Source: an uncultured bacterium (GTDB taxonomy: Bacteria; UBP14; UBA6098; B30-G16). From it: DNA of 64,000 nucleotides. The stretch lies in contig CBEVQY010000003.1 of assembly GCA_965552135.1 (NCBI GenBank), forward strand, positions 24,632 through 88,631, written 5' to 3'. Positions within the stretch are counted from its first letter, which is position 1. Every line of letters starts with the position of its first letter. The notes under the pieces are model-generated. The model had not been told where the DNA came from, made no database searches, and worked only from the letters and a program-made list of their open reading frames with translations. The position numbers were made by a program, and so were the translations under genes. Positions 18,823 through 29,800 of the stretch are shown here, piece after piece.

Positions 18823-20619
18823 TTAACGAATCAGGATTGCTCGCTTGGTGACTGTTCGGTTGGCGACTTTAAGACGAACAAGGTAAAGGCTGCTTGGGAC
18901 GTCATTGGACGGAGTCCAGAAGACGGTATAAGTTCCAGGATCTTGTCGCGTATTCAGAAGCCTCGTGCCGAAACGTCCTTCGGTGTCATATACTTCAAGG
19001 ATAACCTGAGCTTGGATTGGAACAGTGTAACTTATCTTCAGTAAGGAGTTGAAAGGATTGGGAGATAGCATCATGGATAACTCGCAAGGTTTAAGGTTGG
19101 CTGTTTCTATTTTCGAGGAATGCTTACTGTATCGCAAAGTATAACAACCCCATGTCCATTCGTCATATCCTCGAACTCTCAAATAAAACCAGCCTGAGTG
19201 CGGAGCAAACCAATCGCTGATCGCAAAATTGAGGGATTCGCCACTGTCGTCGTCATCCACCAGAATAAGCCCCAGAGGATCATCAAATATTTCCCCATAA
19301 GTGTCTGTGGAGCCCGTTGTGTAAAATGTAAATCTATCACCTTCGATGGCGTAAAACTGGAACCAATCACCATCTCCCATTGGGGCTATGGTGTGATTTT
19401 GTGCGTGTTCGACCTCAGATATGTCGTCTAATACTGTTGCCATTGCATAATCGTTATCGCATTCGTATTCGTCGCCGCAGTAGCACGGGCTAATAAGGGA
19501 GGGGTCAGGAACAGACACTGTTAGGGTGAATTCGTCTGGCGTTTGCATGTATTGGTAGTTTATTCCCTCGAAGAGGCCTACTTCCGTTCCAAACTCAAGG
19601 AAATATGAAAATCCTCCATATACTGAAGTTCCTACTTCGAAGTATCCTCCTGACACAATTGTCCTAGCTGCTAATCTATAATAGACCTCAAGAGGCAAAC
19701 ACTCTAGTTCTGATGCAGGACCGCAGACATTGAGGTGAACTCTGGATTCAGCCACTGTTGCCAACCCTCCTTCCGAGCCATACGCATCCTCGGAATACCA
19801 TGGTGGGGCACTAATATGGAAATAGCACAGGAAATTGGGGGTATATTCATATGTGTTATTATCATACAACTCGTCTATATCTGCTCTGTTCCACTCAGCA
19901 GTAATGTGAATGTTTTCATCCGAACATAGAGGAGGAAGTTTCTCTGTATAAAATCTAATTACGCCAAGCGGATGGACGATGATTCCCCTACCGTCGTCGT
20001 GCGTTGTCATTTGAGCCGTTTTGCCCCAGATCAGCAGTGACGTTAAAAAGTACCCTGGCAAGCAAGCGTCATCAAAGGGATCTAGTACTGTAAAGTCGAA
20101 GTTGAACGGAGAAGTTCCTTCGTCATCGCCATTATGCCACGTTAATGTTCCGCTCAGGCGATATAGTCCGCAAGGCATATGTGAGGCAAGTATCACAATT
20201 ATGCAAGCGCTCCTATTGCCGAAATCGAGAGGGGGTAAATCCCAAAACCAGCCTGAAGGTCCATAGAGATTAAAGTTTCCTGTCATGGTAACTTGTCTCC
20301 CCCATCCTCCAATCCAGTCGGTGCCCAAATCGCCATACTCCTCGCCATAGTGAGAGTAGTCGAGTTGTCGACAGACCATATATGGCTTTAAGTATATTAT
20401 TATTGAATCGAGATCGTAGGCTGGGGTGGTTTCGTAGATCACAGATATTGCACCAACAAGATTGTAATCGATGGTCCAGTCGAAGACGGTTGCTCCATCG
20501 ACGCCGTTGCGTATGTTGTAGAATATGTTTTTATCAAAGCAAAAATTCTGAACGGATACTGCTTTTGCGTCGACTATTAAAAAGCAAAGTATAAATATTA
20601 GTAGCTTTGTATTTTTCAT
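18823..20619 (-). CDS. Secreted protein with pre-peptidase C-terminal (PPC) domain and T9SS C-terminal sorting domain
   Basis: Signal peptide MKNTKLLIFILCFLIVDAKA. A PPC-like segment DGDWFQFYAIEGDRFTFYTTGSTDTYGEIFDDPLGLILVDDDDSG...GWFYLRVRGY. The C-terminal LSPNPFNSLLKISYTV...SSLYLVRLKVANRTVTKRAILIR is a T9SS CTD. Codon usage is AT-rich, unlike its neighbours. Confidence 0.7.
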   Translation of the reverse strand: MKNTKLLIFILCFLIVDAKAVSVQNFCFDKNIFYNIRNGVDGATVFDWTIDYNLVGAISVIYETTPAYDLDSIIIYLKPYMVCRQLDYSHYGEEYGDLGTDWIGGWGRQVTMTGNFNLYGPSGWFWDLPPLDFGNRSACIIVILASHMPCGLYRLSGTLTWHNGDDEGTSPFNFDFTVLDPFDDACLPGYFLTSLLIWGKTAQMTTHDDGRGIIVHPLGVIRFYTEKLPPLCSDENIHITAEWNRADIDELYDNNTYEYTPNFLCYFHISAPPWYSEDAYGSEGGLATVAESRVHLNVCGPASELECLPLEVYYRLAARTIVSGGYFEVGTSVYGGFSYFLEFGTEVGLFEGINYQYMQTPDEFTLTVSVPDPSLISPCYCGDEYECDNDYAMATVLDDISEVEHAQNHTIAPMGDGDWFQFYAIEGDRFTFYTTGSTDTYGEIFDDPLGLILVDDDDSGESLNFAISDWFAPHSGWFYLRVRGYDEWTWGCYTLRYSKHSSKIETANLKPCELSMMLSPNPFNSLLKISYTVPIQAQVILEVYDTEGRFGTRLLNTRQDPGTYTVFWTPSNDVPSSLYLVRLKVANRTVTKRAILIR

Positions 20620-20713
20620 TCTTACGCCCTCCTGCCTAATATTTTACACAAAGCACTAAAATGTCCTCAAGGAACTCGGGTTTACTCGGTATTTTTATCC
20701 TCATTGTATCGTA

Positions 20714-21424
20714 TCATCGGAGCAGAGTTATCCGTTTAATTAGCGTTTGGGCGGAGGTTTTTAGGAGAATGAGATAGACGCCATTGCGAATATCGTCGGA
20801 CGGGGTCCAGAACGTCGTATGAGAACCGGCGCTCAGATGTTCGTTCCTAAGGGCTGCAACAGGATGTCCCATTATATCGCAGATTTTGAGGGAGACATTT
20901 TGATCTAGAGGCAGATCATATCGAATAAGGATCACTTCATTAAAAGGATTGGGCGACACTCTTAGAGTGATTGTGTGAGGTGTGCAGCTTTCCTCTACTT
21001 TAACATAACATGTTTCGAGCTCAACAGCATCCAGTATCTCATCAGGTTCGGTAGGTTCGTAGTCATCGTCCCAATAGACTACAAAGTAAATGGGCAGGTT
21101 GGCATAAGTGGGTATGGTAATCAAGCCTTCAGGAGGATAGGGACAGGTAACTGTCGTTTCAGTAGGGGAGTATCCTCCGCGAGCAATTGCATGATACGAA
21201 TGGAAAAAGTCGGTATCTGCATCCATTACTGCGACATATAAATGCAAGCTGTCATTGGAGGGCAGATTCCACCAATGCAAGGTAAACTCGCAGGAGTACG
21301 GTTCTCCGAGTGCGCAGCATGGAAAATCAGGGGCTATAAACTCAGCTCCCAGGCCCCATATGAGGGGACTTGTGAGTGTAATGAAAGGCGTTAGGATCAA
21401 AAGTCTTTTCGGCAAATTCTCCAT
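20714..21424 (-). CDS. Small secreted hypothetical protein with T9SS C-terminal sorting domain
   Basis: Signal peptide, an unknown roughly 130-aa N-domain, then ITLRVSPNPFNEVILIRYDL...NGVYLILLKTSAQTLIKRITLLR. It lies in the low-GC islet. Confidence 0.65.
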   Translation of the reverse strand: MENLPKRLLILTPFITLTSPLIWGLGAEFIAPDFPCCALGEPYSCEFTLHWWNLPSNDSLHLYVAVMDADTDFFHSYHAIARGGYSPTETTVTCPYPPEGLITIPTYANLPIYFVVYWDDDYEPTEPDEILDAVELETCYVKVEESCTPHTITLRVSPNPFNEVILIRYDLPLDQNVSLKICDIMGHPVAALRNEHLSAGSHTTFWTPSDDIRNGVYLILLKTSAQTLIKRITLLR

Positions 21425-21765
21425 CTTTCACCTCCTGACCAAAAGGGTTTTGCCGACCAAATAGGTTCTGGTCGTAGTTGGAAGGAGTTTTTTCACTTCT
21501 TCCGACCCGCTCACGCAGGATTGAATCCGGGCTGTACTGACGGATTCTCGAATTTCTTTCTAGACCTTTAATTTAAAAATATGGATTTTCCTCACTAAAG
21601 TCAAGAACAAGGATTCGGTTTCTTTATTTTTAACGAGATGGAATTTGCCCTCGACATCCCGATGGAATACGTGGATTGACCGCTGAAGGGGTGAACTGAG
21701 ATTGCTTTCGTACGTTTCCGTCGCCCCGACGGCGCCTGCGCACAAACGCAACGACACCCGCGGCA

Positions 21766-23082
21766 TCAGCTCTTCCCAACGACCGAGACGTTATCGAGCC
21801 GTATGTAGGGCGCGAAATATCTGTCGAACCACCTTCCCTCGCGGCTTATGGCGGTGATCTCCTTTAGGTTCTGGTATATGTTTCCGGCGATGGCGGCGTT
21901 TTTGATTCTTCCTGTGATCTCGCCGTCCTCGATCTTGAACGCAGTCGACACGGGGTTCGAGAACGCCCCCGATAGGACGTTGCCCTGTCCGAGCCCGAGC
22001 ACAGACTCGATCATTATGCCCTCTTTTACGTCCGCCAGGATTTCCGCAAGCGGGGTTTCGCCCTCCTTTATGATGACGTTCGACGGGCTTGGCGCTGGCG
22101 GTGAGAAGAGGGAGCGTTCCGCGCAGCCGTTAGTCTGGTAGCCCGACTTTTTTGCGGTGACTATGTCGAATATGAAGTTTTTGAGCACGCCTTCTTCGAC
22201 AAGGGCGAGCCGCCTTTTGGGAACGCCCTCGCAGTCGAAGGGTTTCGACGCGGGCTTGCGGGCAAGGGTACCGTCGTCGTAAACGCAGAGCTTCGGGTCG
22301 AAAAGCCTTTCGCCAAGCTTGTTGTATATGGGGCTGCTTTTCGTGTAGATGTTGTTGCCGGAAAGTCCGGCAAGAAGCGGTATCAGAAGGAGCATGGTGC
22401 CCATTGGGGTGAAGACGACGGGCACCCTTCCCGAGGGCACCGGAAGGATTCTGTCGGCGTAGCGCATGACGTCGTCTATCTTTGCGGCGATGGGGTTGAC
22501 CGCCTCGTCCGTCTTTTGGGGCAGATGGGTGTCGACGTAGTAGTCCCAGGCCATGTAGATATCGCCCTCTTTCATCCTAATGATGACGCCCGAGAGGGAG
22601 AACTCGGTGGCTTCGTATGCGCCGTCGAATCCCTCGGTGTTGACGACGTGTATGCGCTTTACCCCCGATGTGGCGGCGACCTCCATGTCGCAGTCGGAGC
22701 GGTACTTCTCGAGCCTCGCCCTGAGCTCCTTGCAGAATTCAACGAGCGTTGAAACCGTTGCCGACTCAACGCGGGGGTCGTAGATGTCAAGCTTTGGGAC
22801 CTCCGTTTTGCCGGGGAAGGTTATATCCACTTTTTCGCTTATTTTGGCTGCGTTTAGGGCGTCGTCGATTATTTTTTCTGCGGCGTTTTCGTCGGTTGTG
22901 GCGGCGGTTCCGATTCTGCCGCCCACATTCAGCCGGACTGCCCAGCCGCGCAGGCGGCTGCTACTGCTGCTGTGCACCTTCCATCCCTTGAAGTGCAGCG
23001 CCCGCGAAACGCCGTCTACGTGGTATACCTCCGCCGAATCCGATACCTTGCTCGCCCTCTCGAGTATATCGTAGATATCCAT
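21766..23082 (-). CDS. pmbA: TldE/PmbA-family metalloprotease subunit
   Basis: TldD/PmbA-fold protein lacking the HExxxH motif, which is typical of the PmbA partner. It lies immediately downstream of tldD. A strong RBS GAAAGGAG precedes ATG 23082. The track ORF starts upstream at 23115. Confidence 0.85.
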   Translation of the reverse strand: MDIYDILERASKVSDSAEVYHVDGVSRALHFKGWKVHSSSSSRLRGWAVRLNVGGRIGTAATTDENAAEKIIDDALNAAKISEKVDITFPGKTEVPKLDIYDPRVESATVSTLVEFCKELRARLEKYRSDCDMEVAATSGVKRIHVVNTEGFDGAYEATEFSLSGVIIRMKEGDIYMAWDYYVDTHLPQKTDEAVNPIAAKIDDVMRYADRILPVPSGRVPVVFTPMGTMLLLIPLLAGLSGNNIYTKSSPIYNKLGERLFDPKLCVYDDGTLARKPASKPFDCEGVPKRRLALVEEGVLKNFIFDIVTAKKSGYQTNGCAERSLFSPPAPSPSNVIIKEGETPLAEILADVKEGIMIESVLGLGQGNVLSGAFSNPVSTAFKIEDGEITGRIKNAAIAGNIYQNLKEITAISREGRWFDRYFAPYIRLDNVSVVGKS

Positions 23083-23101
23083 GCTGCGCTCCTTTCGGTT
23101 T

Positions 23102-24478
23102 TTATCTTCCAGCAATGATCACGTTTCTTATCCTTATGTGTGGGCTTCCTTCGGCTGTGGGGACGGCTTGACCGGCTTTACCGCAAAAGCCTGCGTTGGG
23201 GCTCCAGGTGAAGTCGTCTGCTATCTGTTCGATGTTGGCGAGCGTTTCGAAGAGGTTTCCCTGCAGAACGACGTCGCGGACCATCTCGGCGAGCTTGCCG
23301 TCCCTTATCATGTAGCCGTAGCCCGCCGAGAACGAGAAGTTCTCGAGCTGGGTTTGTCCGCCGTAGGCGTCGATGGCGTATACGCCGAGCTTTATCCCGT
23401 CGAATATTTGGTCTGCGGGGTGTGGTCCTGCCTCGATGGCTGTGTTGGTCATCCTCACGATGGGTGGATGGCTGTAGCTTTCGGCGCGGGCGTTCCCTGT
23501 GGGCTTTTCGCCAAGCTTCGCCGCCGTCTGGCGCGAGTGAAGTCTGCCGACGAGAACGCCCTCCCTTATCAAATACGTCCGCTCCGCCGGAACACCCTCG
23601 TCGTCGTACGTGATCGTCCCCCTTATCTCGGGCATAACGGAGCCGTCGTCGAACACGTTGAGGAACTCGGGACCGAAGCGCCTGCCGAGCTTCATCATCT
23701 CCTGCGCCTGCGGGTTCTCCTCTATATGGTCAGCCTCGGAGAGGTGTCCGAAGGCTTCGTGGATGAAGACGCCGGCAAGCGTTGGGTCGAGGACGACGGT
23801 GTAAATTCCCCCCTTGACCGGCTCGGCTTCGAGCAAACCCAGCGCTGTGTCCACAACCTTTTTGACCATTCCGTCGAGCTTGAGGAGGTCCCCAAACGAG
23901 CTTCGGGATGCGAAGCTATCGTGAGCCGACTGGACGAGGTCGCCTTTTCGTGCTCTTACGGCGCATCGCAGGCTGCAGTCGGCGCGCGAGCGAAGGATGT
24001 GCGCACCCTCGGTGGTCACAAAGAACCCCTCGGTGAAGCTCTCGCTGTAGCGCAGTGAACGCTCTATTATCCTGTCGCCGCCTTCTGCGACAAGCTCGTC
24101 GTACCTGCGCAAAAGCTCGTTCTTCTCGGCGACGGAGTGGCTGCGGAAGTCGTCGGAGATCTTAGCTTTCACCTCGTCCTCGACCGGCTCGACCTCGGCA
24201 AGCTTTATGGGTTCGTCGGGTATCAGGGCTTTGGATGCGTCAAGCGCGTCGGCAACGGCTTTCTCGATGTCGTCGACGCTGTTGAACGAGGCGAAGCCCC
24301 AGCCATGTCCGGGCAGAAGAACCCGAACGGCGCCGCCCATGTCAACCGATGGGCTTGCCGACTCAAGAACACCGTTTTTCAAAAGCATCGAAAACGATGT
24401 GGTCCTCTGAAACCTAAGCTCCCCGTAGCCCTCTATCTTCCGCAGAGCCTGTGTTGCCCTGTCGAGGATATCGTCCAT
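23102..24478 (-). CDS. tldD: TldD metalloprotease
   Basis: HEAFGH zinc-binding motif (VFIHEAFGHLSEADHI) plus the conserved C-terminal GxxxxxG TldD fold, over its full length. Confidence 0.9.
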   Translation of the reverse strand: MDDILDRATQALRKIEGYGELRFQRTTSFSMLLKNGVLESASPSVDMGGAVRVLLPGHGWGFASFNSVDDIEKAVADALDASKALIPDEPIKLAEVEPVEDEVKAKISDDFRSHSVAEKNELLRRYDELVAEGGDRIIERSLRYSESFTEGFFVTTEGAHILRSRADCSLRCAVRARKGDLVQSAHDSFASRSSFGDLLKLDGMVKKVVDTALGLLEAEPVKGGIYTVVLDPTLAGVFIHEAFGHLSEADHIEENPQAQEMMKLGRRFGPEFLNVFDDGSVMPEIRGTITYDDEGVPAERTYLIREGVLVGRLHSRQTAAKLGEKPTGNARAESYSHPPIVRMTNTAIEAGPHPADQIFDGIKLGVYAIDAYGGQTQLENFSFSAGYGYMIRDGKLAEMVRDVVLQGNLFETLANIEQIADDFTWSPNAGFCGKAGQAVPTAEGSPHIRIRNVIIAGR

Positions 24479-24493
24479 TTTGACCTCCGGGTG

Positions 24494-25669
24494 TTATTCG
24501 CTTTCGACGTGGGTCATAGCCCCCTCCAGGCGGGGGATGAGTTCTTCGCCGAAGAAGTCGGCGACGAAGCTTGAGACTGCTTTCCTCATTTCGTTCAGGA
24601 AGTTTTTCACGCTGAACCTTCGGGCATTTTGTGCGGCAAGCTCGGGGTCGAACTTCATCTGTTCGAACCTGACGACGGCGTCTATAAGCGCCTCGGGCGT
24701 AGGCTCGTGGAAGAAGAGTCCCGTTACGCCGTCGATGACCGTCTCGGTGACGCCGCCCTTGCCGTACGCTATGACGGGTCTGCCGGCCGCCTGGCTTTCG
24801 ACGGGAACCATACCGAAGTCCTCCTCGCCGGGGAAGATGACGGCTCTGGCGTGCCGCAAAAGCTCAACCTTCTTCTCCTTCGTGACGAAGCCCAAGAACT
24901 TAATGTTGGGTTTGGACATCCTCTGCAGGCGTTTGAGCTGCGGTCCTGTGCCCGCGACCAAAAGCCGCTTCCCGAGCCTGTTGAAAGCCCTTACGGCTAT
25001 GTCGATCCTCTTGTACGGAACGAGCCGCGACAGACAGAGGTAGTAGTCCCCGACCTCGTCGGCGGGTGTTATGTGCGCTATCTCGACGGGCGGGTAGACG
25101 ACCACGGCGTCGCGCCTGTAGAATTTCGAGATCCTCCTGCGAACCGTCTCGGAGTTGGCGATGAAGTAGTCGACGCGGTCAGCCGAAGCCTTATCCCAAA
25201 GGCGAAGGTAGTTGAAGGCAAAAGGGTAGACGAGCTTGCTTATGAACTTCGAGTAGCTCTGCTTGTATTCGAAGTAAAGTTCCCAGGCCTGTCTCATCGG
25301 CGTGTGGCAGTAGCATATATGCAGGGTATCGCTGCGGGTGAGGACACCTTTCGACCACAGGTACGATGAGCTTATTACGAGGTCGTAGCCGCGCAGGTCG
25401 ATCTGCTCGACCATCGTCGGGTAGAGCAGGAGGTAGTATTTGTAGAGTTTTCGCTTGAACGGCAGAAACCTGCTCCATCCAACGGGTCTTATGTCCCATC
25501 CTCTGAAGTCGGGGGGGACGAGCTTTGGGTCGTATATCAGCGTGTAGACGGGTGCCGCAGGGAAGAGGTGATGCAGCCACCTCAGAACCGTCTCGGCTCC
25601 GCCGCTTTGGTTCAGGTAGTCGTGGACGAGCGCCACACGAAAAGCTTTTTCGCCTATGAAGCTCATCAA
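24494..25669 (-). CDS. GT4-family glycosyltransferase
   Basis: GT-B fold with the C-terminal EEDFGMVPVESQAAGRPVIAYGKGGVTETV (E-x7-E-like) motif typical of GT4. Confidence 0.85.
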   Translation of the reverse strand: MMSFIGEKAFRVALVHDYLNQSGGAETVLRWLHHLFPAAPVYTLIYDPKLVPPDFRGWDIRPVGWSRFLPFKRKLYKYYLLLYPTMVEQIDLRGYDLVISSSYLWSKGVLTRSDTLHICYCHTPMRQAWELYFEYKQSYSKFISKLVYPFAFNYLRLWDKASADRVDYFIANSETVRRRISKFYRRDAVVVYPPVEIAHITPADEVGDYYLCLSRLVPYKRIDIAVRAFNRLGKRLLVAGTGPQLKRLQRMSKPNIKFLGFVTKEKKVELLRHARAVIFPGEEDFGMVPVESQAAGRPVIAYGKGGVTETVIDGVTGLFFHEPTPEALIDAVVRFEQMKFDPELAAQNARRFSVKNFLNEMRKAVSSFVADFFGEELIPRLEGAMTHVESE

Positions 25670-25698
25670 AATCTTTTAATAATAACTCAACTGCATCC

Positions 25699-26829
25699 CT
25701 ATCGCAAGCGGAATACGAAGCCGTCCTGTGTGGAGAGGAAGATGCTTTTCCCGTCGGATGCTGGAGGTTGCCTCACCTTCTTTCCGATGTCGAGTTCGCC
25801 CCGCACTGTGCCGTCTTCGATCGAGATCAGGAAGATCCTTCCCGCGTACGTTGCCACGACTGCGTCGTCGCCCACAAGGATCGGCGGTGCAGCCACAACC
25901 GACGAGAGGTTTGTGCGCCACAGGGGCTCTCCGAGCGCGTTTACGCAAAGCACGTTGCCGCTCGTTGTGGCGGCTACGATGAGTTCTTCGCGCGCCGCCG
26001 GCGCAAGGAGTCGCAGACCGAGCTCTTTTCTCCACAGCGTCGAGCCGTCGTCCCTTTTGAGGGCAGAGATGGCGTTGTCGCTCGCTGCGATAACCGCTTT
26101 CCCAGCAAGCGCGACGGCTGTGACGGCGTGCTCAACCCGCCTCCGCCAGATGACGTCGCCGCCGGTTGTGACCGCGCAGACCAAGTTTCCCGCGGCAACC
26201 CAGAGCGTATCGCCACATACGGCTGGTTGCGCCAGTGCGGGTCCTCCGAGGTCGAGCTTCAGCGTTGTCTGCCCCGTCGCCGCCGAAAGCAAAAAGAGCC
26301 TCCCCGAGAGGGTTGCCAGCGCAAGCAGGGAGCCCACAGGCGCCGGTGTGGTTGCGACGTCGCCGGCAAACCTTCGCCAAATCAGCTTGTCGCGCAACAG
26401 GTTATAGACGCCGACGCGGTTCCAGTTGCCGAAGCCCGCGAAGATCATAAGCGAGTCGCGGAGGGTCGGCGGCAGCTGCATCGGCGTGTCGACCCAAAGC
26501 CTTGCGGCGGGCTTCCCCGTTGCCGCGTCGAGCGCCACAACGTACTTCGACGGCGTCCCCACGAAGACGAGCTCACCGTAAATCGTTGGCGCCGTGGGAT
26601 CGAGGGAGCGGATATCCGTCCTCCAGGCGATGTCAAGCCTACGGGAAAGCGTCCCCTCCGTTGCGCCGCTGTTTCCGACGTCGTGTCGCGGCAAGGGCCA
26701 TTCGCCGGCCCGGGCTATGTCCTCTGCCGTAAGCAGCGGTTTTCGGGTGCAGCCCGTGACAAGCGCAGCCAAAAGCGCAAGCACAAGGGCAGACTTCGCG
26801 TATCGCCGCCCTGAAGCAGGCGAGTTCAT
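25699..26829 (-). CDS. PQQ-like beta-propeller repeat lipoprotein (BamB-like)
   Basis: Start MNSPASGRRYAKSALVLALLAALVTGC, with a lipobox LVTGC. Repeated LWR/VWRR...G beta-propeller blades. Its start overlaps the stop of the upstream giant gene as ATGA at 26829. The track ORF extends further upstream (to 27294) through R-rich sequence, which is unlikely to be real. Confidence 0.7.
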   Translation of the reverse strand: MNSPASGRRYAKSALVLALLAALVTGCTRKPLLTAEDIARAGEWPLPRHDVGNSGATEGTLSRRLDIAWRTDIRSLDPTAPTIYGELVFVGTPSKYVVALDAATGKPAARLWVDTPMQLPPTLRDSLMIFAGFGNWNRVGVYNLLRDKLIWRRFAGDVATTPAPVGSLLALATLSGRLFLLSAATGQTTLKLDLGGPALAQPAVCGDTLWVAAGNLVCAVTTGGDVIWRRRVEHAVTAVALAGKAVIAASDNAISALKRDDGSTLWRKELGLRLLAPAAREELIVAATTSGNVLCVNALGEPLWRTNLSSVVAAPPILVGDDAVVATYAGRIFLISIEDGTVRGELDIGKKVRQPPASDGKSIFLSTQDGFVFRLR

Positions 26830-29800
26830 CAGCGCACCAAAAGCGTCTTCCTCACGAACCTGCGTCCGCCCACGTCCACGACGAGCAGGTAAATCCCCGA
26901 CGAGGCGTTCTTCGCGCTCCACCTCAGGGTGTATCTGCCCGCGGGGAGGACCTTTCCGCCCGCGATCGTCGCGACGACGCGCCCGGCAAGGTCGGTGACT
27001 CTGGCGCTCACAGCGGTTGGCTCCGCCAGGTACAGGTCGACCTCGGTGACGCTGTTGAAGGGATTTGGGTACGGCATACCGACCGACGTCCTTCGCGGCA
27101 GCGTCTCGCACACCTTGGTCGTCGAGGTGTCTATGAACGCGACGGCGCCGCTGTCGACCGGGAGACACGCAGCGGGATTCCCGTAGCTCACGTACGCAAG
27201 CCCTTCGCCGTAAGCGTTTTCGACGCCTATTGTCGCGACTTCGCGGGCAGCATCGGGCACCGAGAGGTAGACCACCTGCCCCGTGAGGATGCACGGCGAG
27301 GCGCCAGCTTCAACGATGGGTATCCAAAGCTGGAACGTCGCGGGCTTGCCGCTTGGGTCGAAGTAGGCGTAAAAGTCCTTCCACTCCACCACGAAGAAGG
27401 AGTCTCCGCACGGGGTCTCGAACGGGGCGGCGCTGTAGCCGTAGAAGATCCGCCCGGCGGGGAGGGTGTCCTCAGGCGGCTCCGGAGTGAGGTCGGTCCA
27501 CAGGGCGGCAAAGAGCAGGTTAGGCAGGCTGCTGTCGGGGATGGAGCCGTTCGTGTAGGCGTAGTCGCAGGTCGTGTCGAACGTCACGAAGCCGTTGGAG
27601 CATATCCTCACCCAGGGCTCGGCTATTTCCTCCCCGATGAAGGTTATGGGCGGTCCGAGGGGTTTGGTTTCGGAAATGAAGTAATCTGTGACCGAGTGGT
27701 TTGGTGTTCCGGAGCCGCCCTGGTGGGGGTCGAGCTCGACCCAGGCGAAGGTGGGCACGAAGGGTGCATCGCCCGCGTCGGCGAAGTTGTCGGCGAAGAT
27801 AAGTGCTAAAGCATCGTTGGCGCCGTGGTGCGGATCACCTATCGCCGATGTGAACCGCATCGCCGGTGCGCCCTCGGGCAGAACGCTGCGGTTGCCAGCA
27901 GTGTCCCACGCAACGAAGTAGTACGAAAGCGTCTCACCCTCCGCAAGCTCCGAAAGCAGATAGCCGTAAGTGGTTCCCAACGTCGTTTCGGCTGTGGCGA
28001 ATGAGGCTTCACCGCCGCATTCGTAGTAGAGCGTTTCTGCGGCGAGGTCTGCCGCGTTGATCTGCGCGAAGAGCCAAAGCACAAAGCCCTCGCTTGCGCA
28101 AAGGTACACAAGGCTTTCGGGCTCGTGCGCTATCTGCGGCGGGAAGGTATCAACGAACTCGGATGGGGGAACGAATCTTATAGCAAGCTCGTCTATGACG
28201 GGGTTTTCGGGCGGGGCACCGTTGTACTCGTAGATAAGCCCCGAGGTCCCGTCGGGGGATGATATTCCCACCGTCGCCGAGTTGCCGCGAACGCGACCTA
28301 TATCCTCAACCCCCACAAGCCCGGTGTACTGGAGGACGATGCCTCCGTCCTCGGCGAGGATGACCTCGAAGGTTATGCGGTCCGTCGTCGACGAGTACGG
28401 AACGTAGACGTTGGAGAAGATTACGAGGAAGCGCTGAGTTCCGTCGGAGATGTCCGTTTTGGTGTATATCTTCGACGCCGGCGATGCCATGTCGTTGACC
28501 TTCAGGTCGTCCCAGAAGGGGGCGATAACTCCAGCGATGGTTGTGGTTGGCAGGCTGTCGTTCCAGGCGTGGGAGCTTGTAAGCGGCTCGAACGCCAAAA
28601 AGCCGTTGGTCGAAACCCAGACCGTATCGAACGACGTTTCGTAGAACGGGAAGCTGAACGGCAGGGGCAGGGCAGTGTATTCGTCGTCGCCGGCGAGGTC
28701 GAGCTCGGTTGCGTCGGAGGTGATTATCTCCTCGAACTCCGGAGCCTCGGCGCCGTCGTAGTAGTTGTCGTACCACATGTATCCCGCGACGTCGGGTCCG
28801 CCGAAGCCCACGTGGTGCAGCCCCTCGAACCTGACCGTGAGGGTGTCGTCGCTTGGGACCTCGTCGCCGTAGCAGCTTGTGACGAAGACGGCGGAGTACG
28901 AATCGGCGGGGAAGTCGGTCCAGGGCGAGAAGAGGACGGTATCGGCTGTGCCCGAGGCTATGTCTACGTACTGGGTATCGGCGTAGACTAAGCCGCTTGC
29001 GTCGCCTGTGATCGTGAGGACCACAGGCACGTGTGCTTCGTCGAACGAGCCGAAGTTCCGCACCGCGCAGGCAGGGGTTATGACCTCGATGTTCACAACG
29101 CGACCAAAGGGCGCAATAGCCGAAACAACGGCTATGTTGTGGTCGACTGGAGCGGGCGGCAGAAACTCTATCCTAAGCGAGTCCGAAAGCGAAGCCTCGT
29201 TGTACGAATACTGCAGCCCTACGGTGCCGTCCTCGTTTTCGATCCCTATAGTGGCGCTGGCGCCGTGACTGTAGCTCGGTTCGCCCTCGAGGGTCGCATC
29301 GAGGTACTGGAAGACGATTGCGCCGTCTCCGGATGAGCTTTCGTAGAGTATAGCCTCGTACGTCCACACGTCCTCGATGAAGCCAAGGCGGAAGAAGTTG
29401 TACCAGATCACCGCAAACCACCGCTCCGGCTCCTCCCCGCCGCTTACGGCGTATATCGCCGTCTCTATCGTGTCCACGTCGTAGTACTTTTGGTCGTCCC
29501 AGAGGGGCAGGATGAGCCCGTTGGGCGTCGATGCGTCGGGGATAGGCTCGTTGAAGAACTCGGTGACCTCGTCGGGATAGAACGACAGAAGCCCGTTCGT
29601 GCTGACCCAGATGCTGTCGTAGTCTATGCCGTAGAACGAGAAGGTGAACGGCAGGTGGACGACCAAGGCTTCGTCGTCATCGCCCGGAAGGAAGGCGAGA
29701 GGGGTGTCCGCTGGGCTTGGGGATATCCACTCGAACGCGACGCCGGGTTCTTCGCTGTCGCGGAATGTGTAGCCGTAGTCGTCCGGTCCGCCCGTCGAAG

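Larger units (their letters stand above)
18543..21765. other. Low-GC (about 40-48%) islet flanking tRNA-Ala, carrying two T9SS cargo genes; likely horizontally acquired
   Basis: There is an abrupt fall in GC relative to the 60-65% flanks (e.g. 20581-20700 is about 35% GC). The neighbouring tRNA is a common integration landmark. No integrase or direct repeats were found. Confidence 0.5.

Noticed and set aside
21480-21560. tRNA-like fragment (GCAGGATTGAATCCGGGCTG) that might mark an att site for the low-GC islet.
   Set aside because: The stems do not pair into a T-arm, and there is no match to the tRNA-Ala 3' or 5' sequence. Probably coincidental.
25768-26814. A 348-aa + ORF antisense to the PQQ-like lipoprotein gene, and the long upstream extension of that gene to 27294.
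   Set aside because: Arg-rich with no motifs. The real gene starts at the lipoprotein signal peptide (ATG 26829), which overlaps the upstream stop as ATGA.
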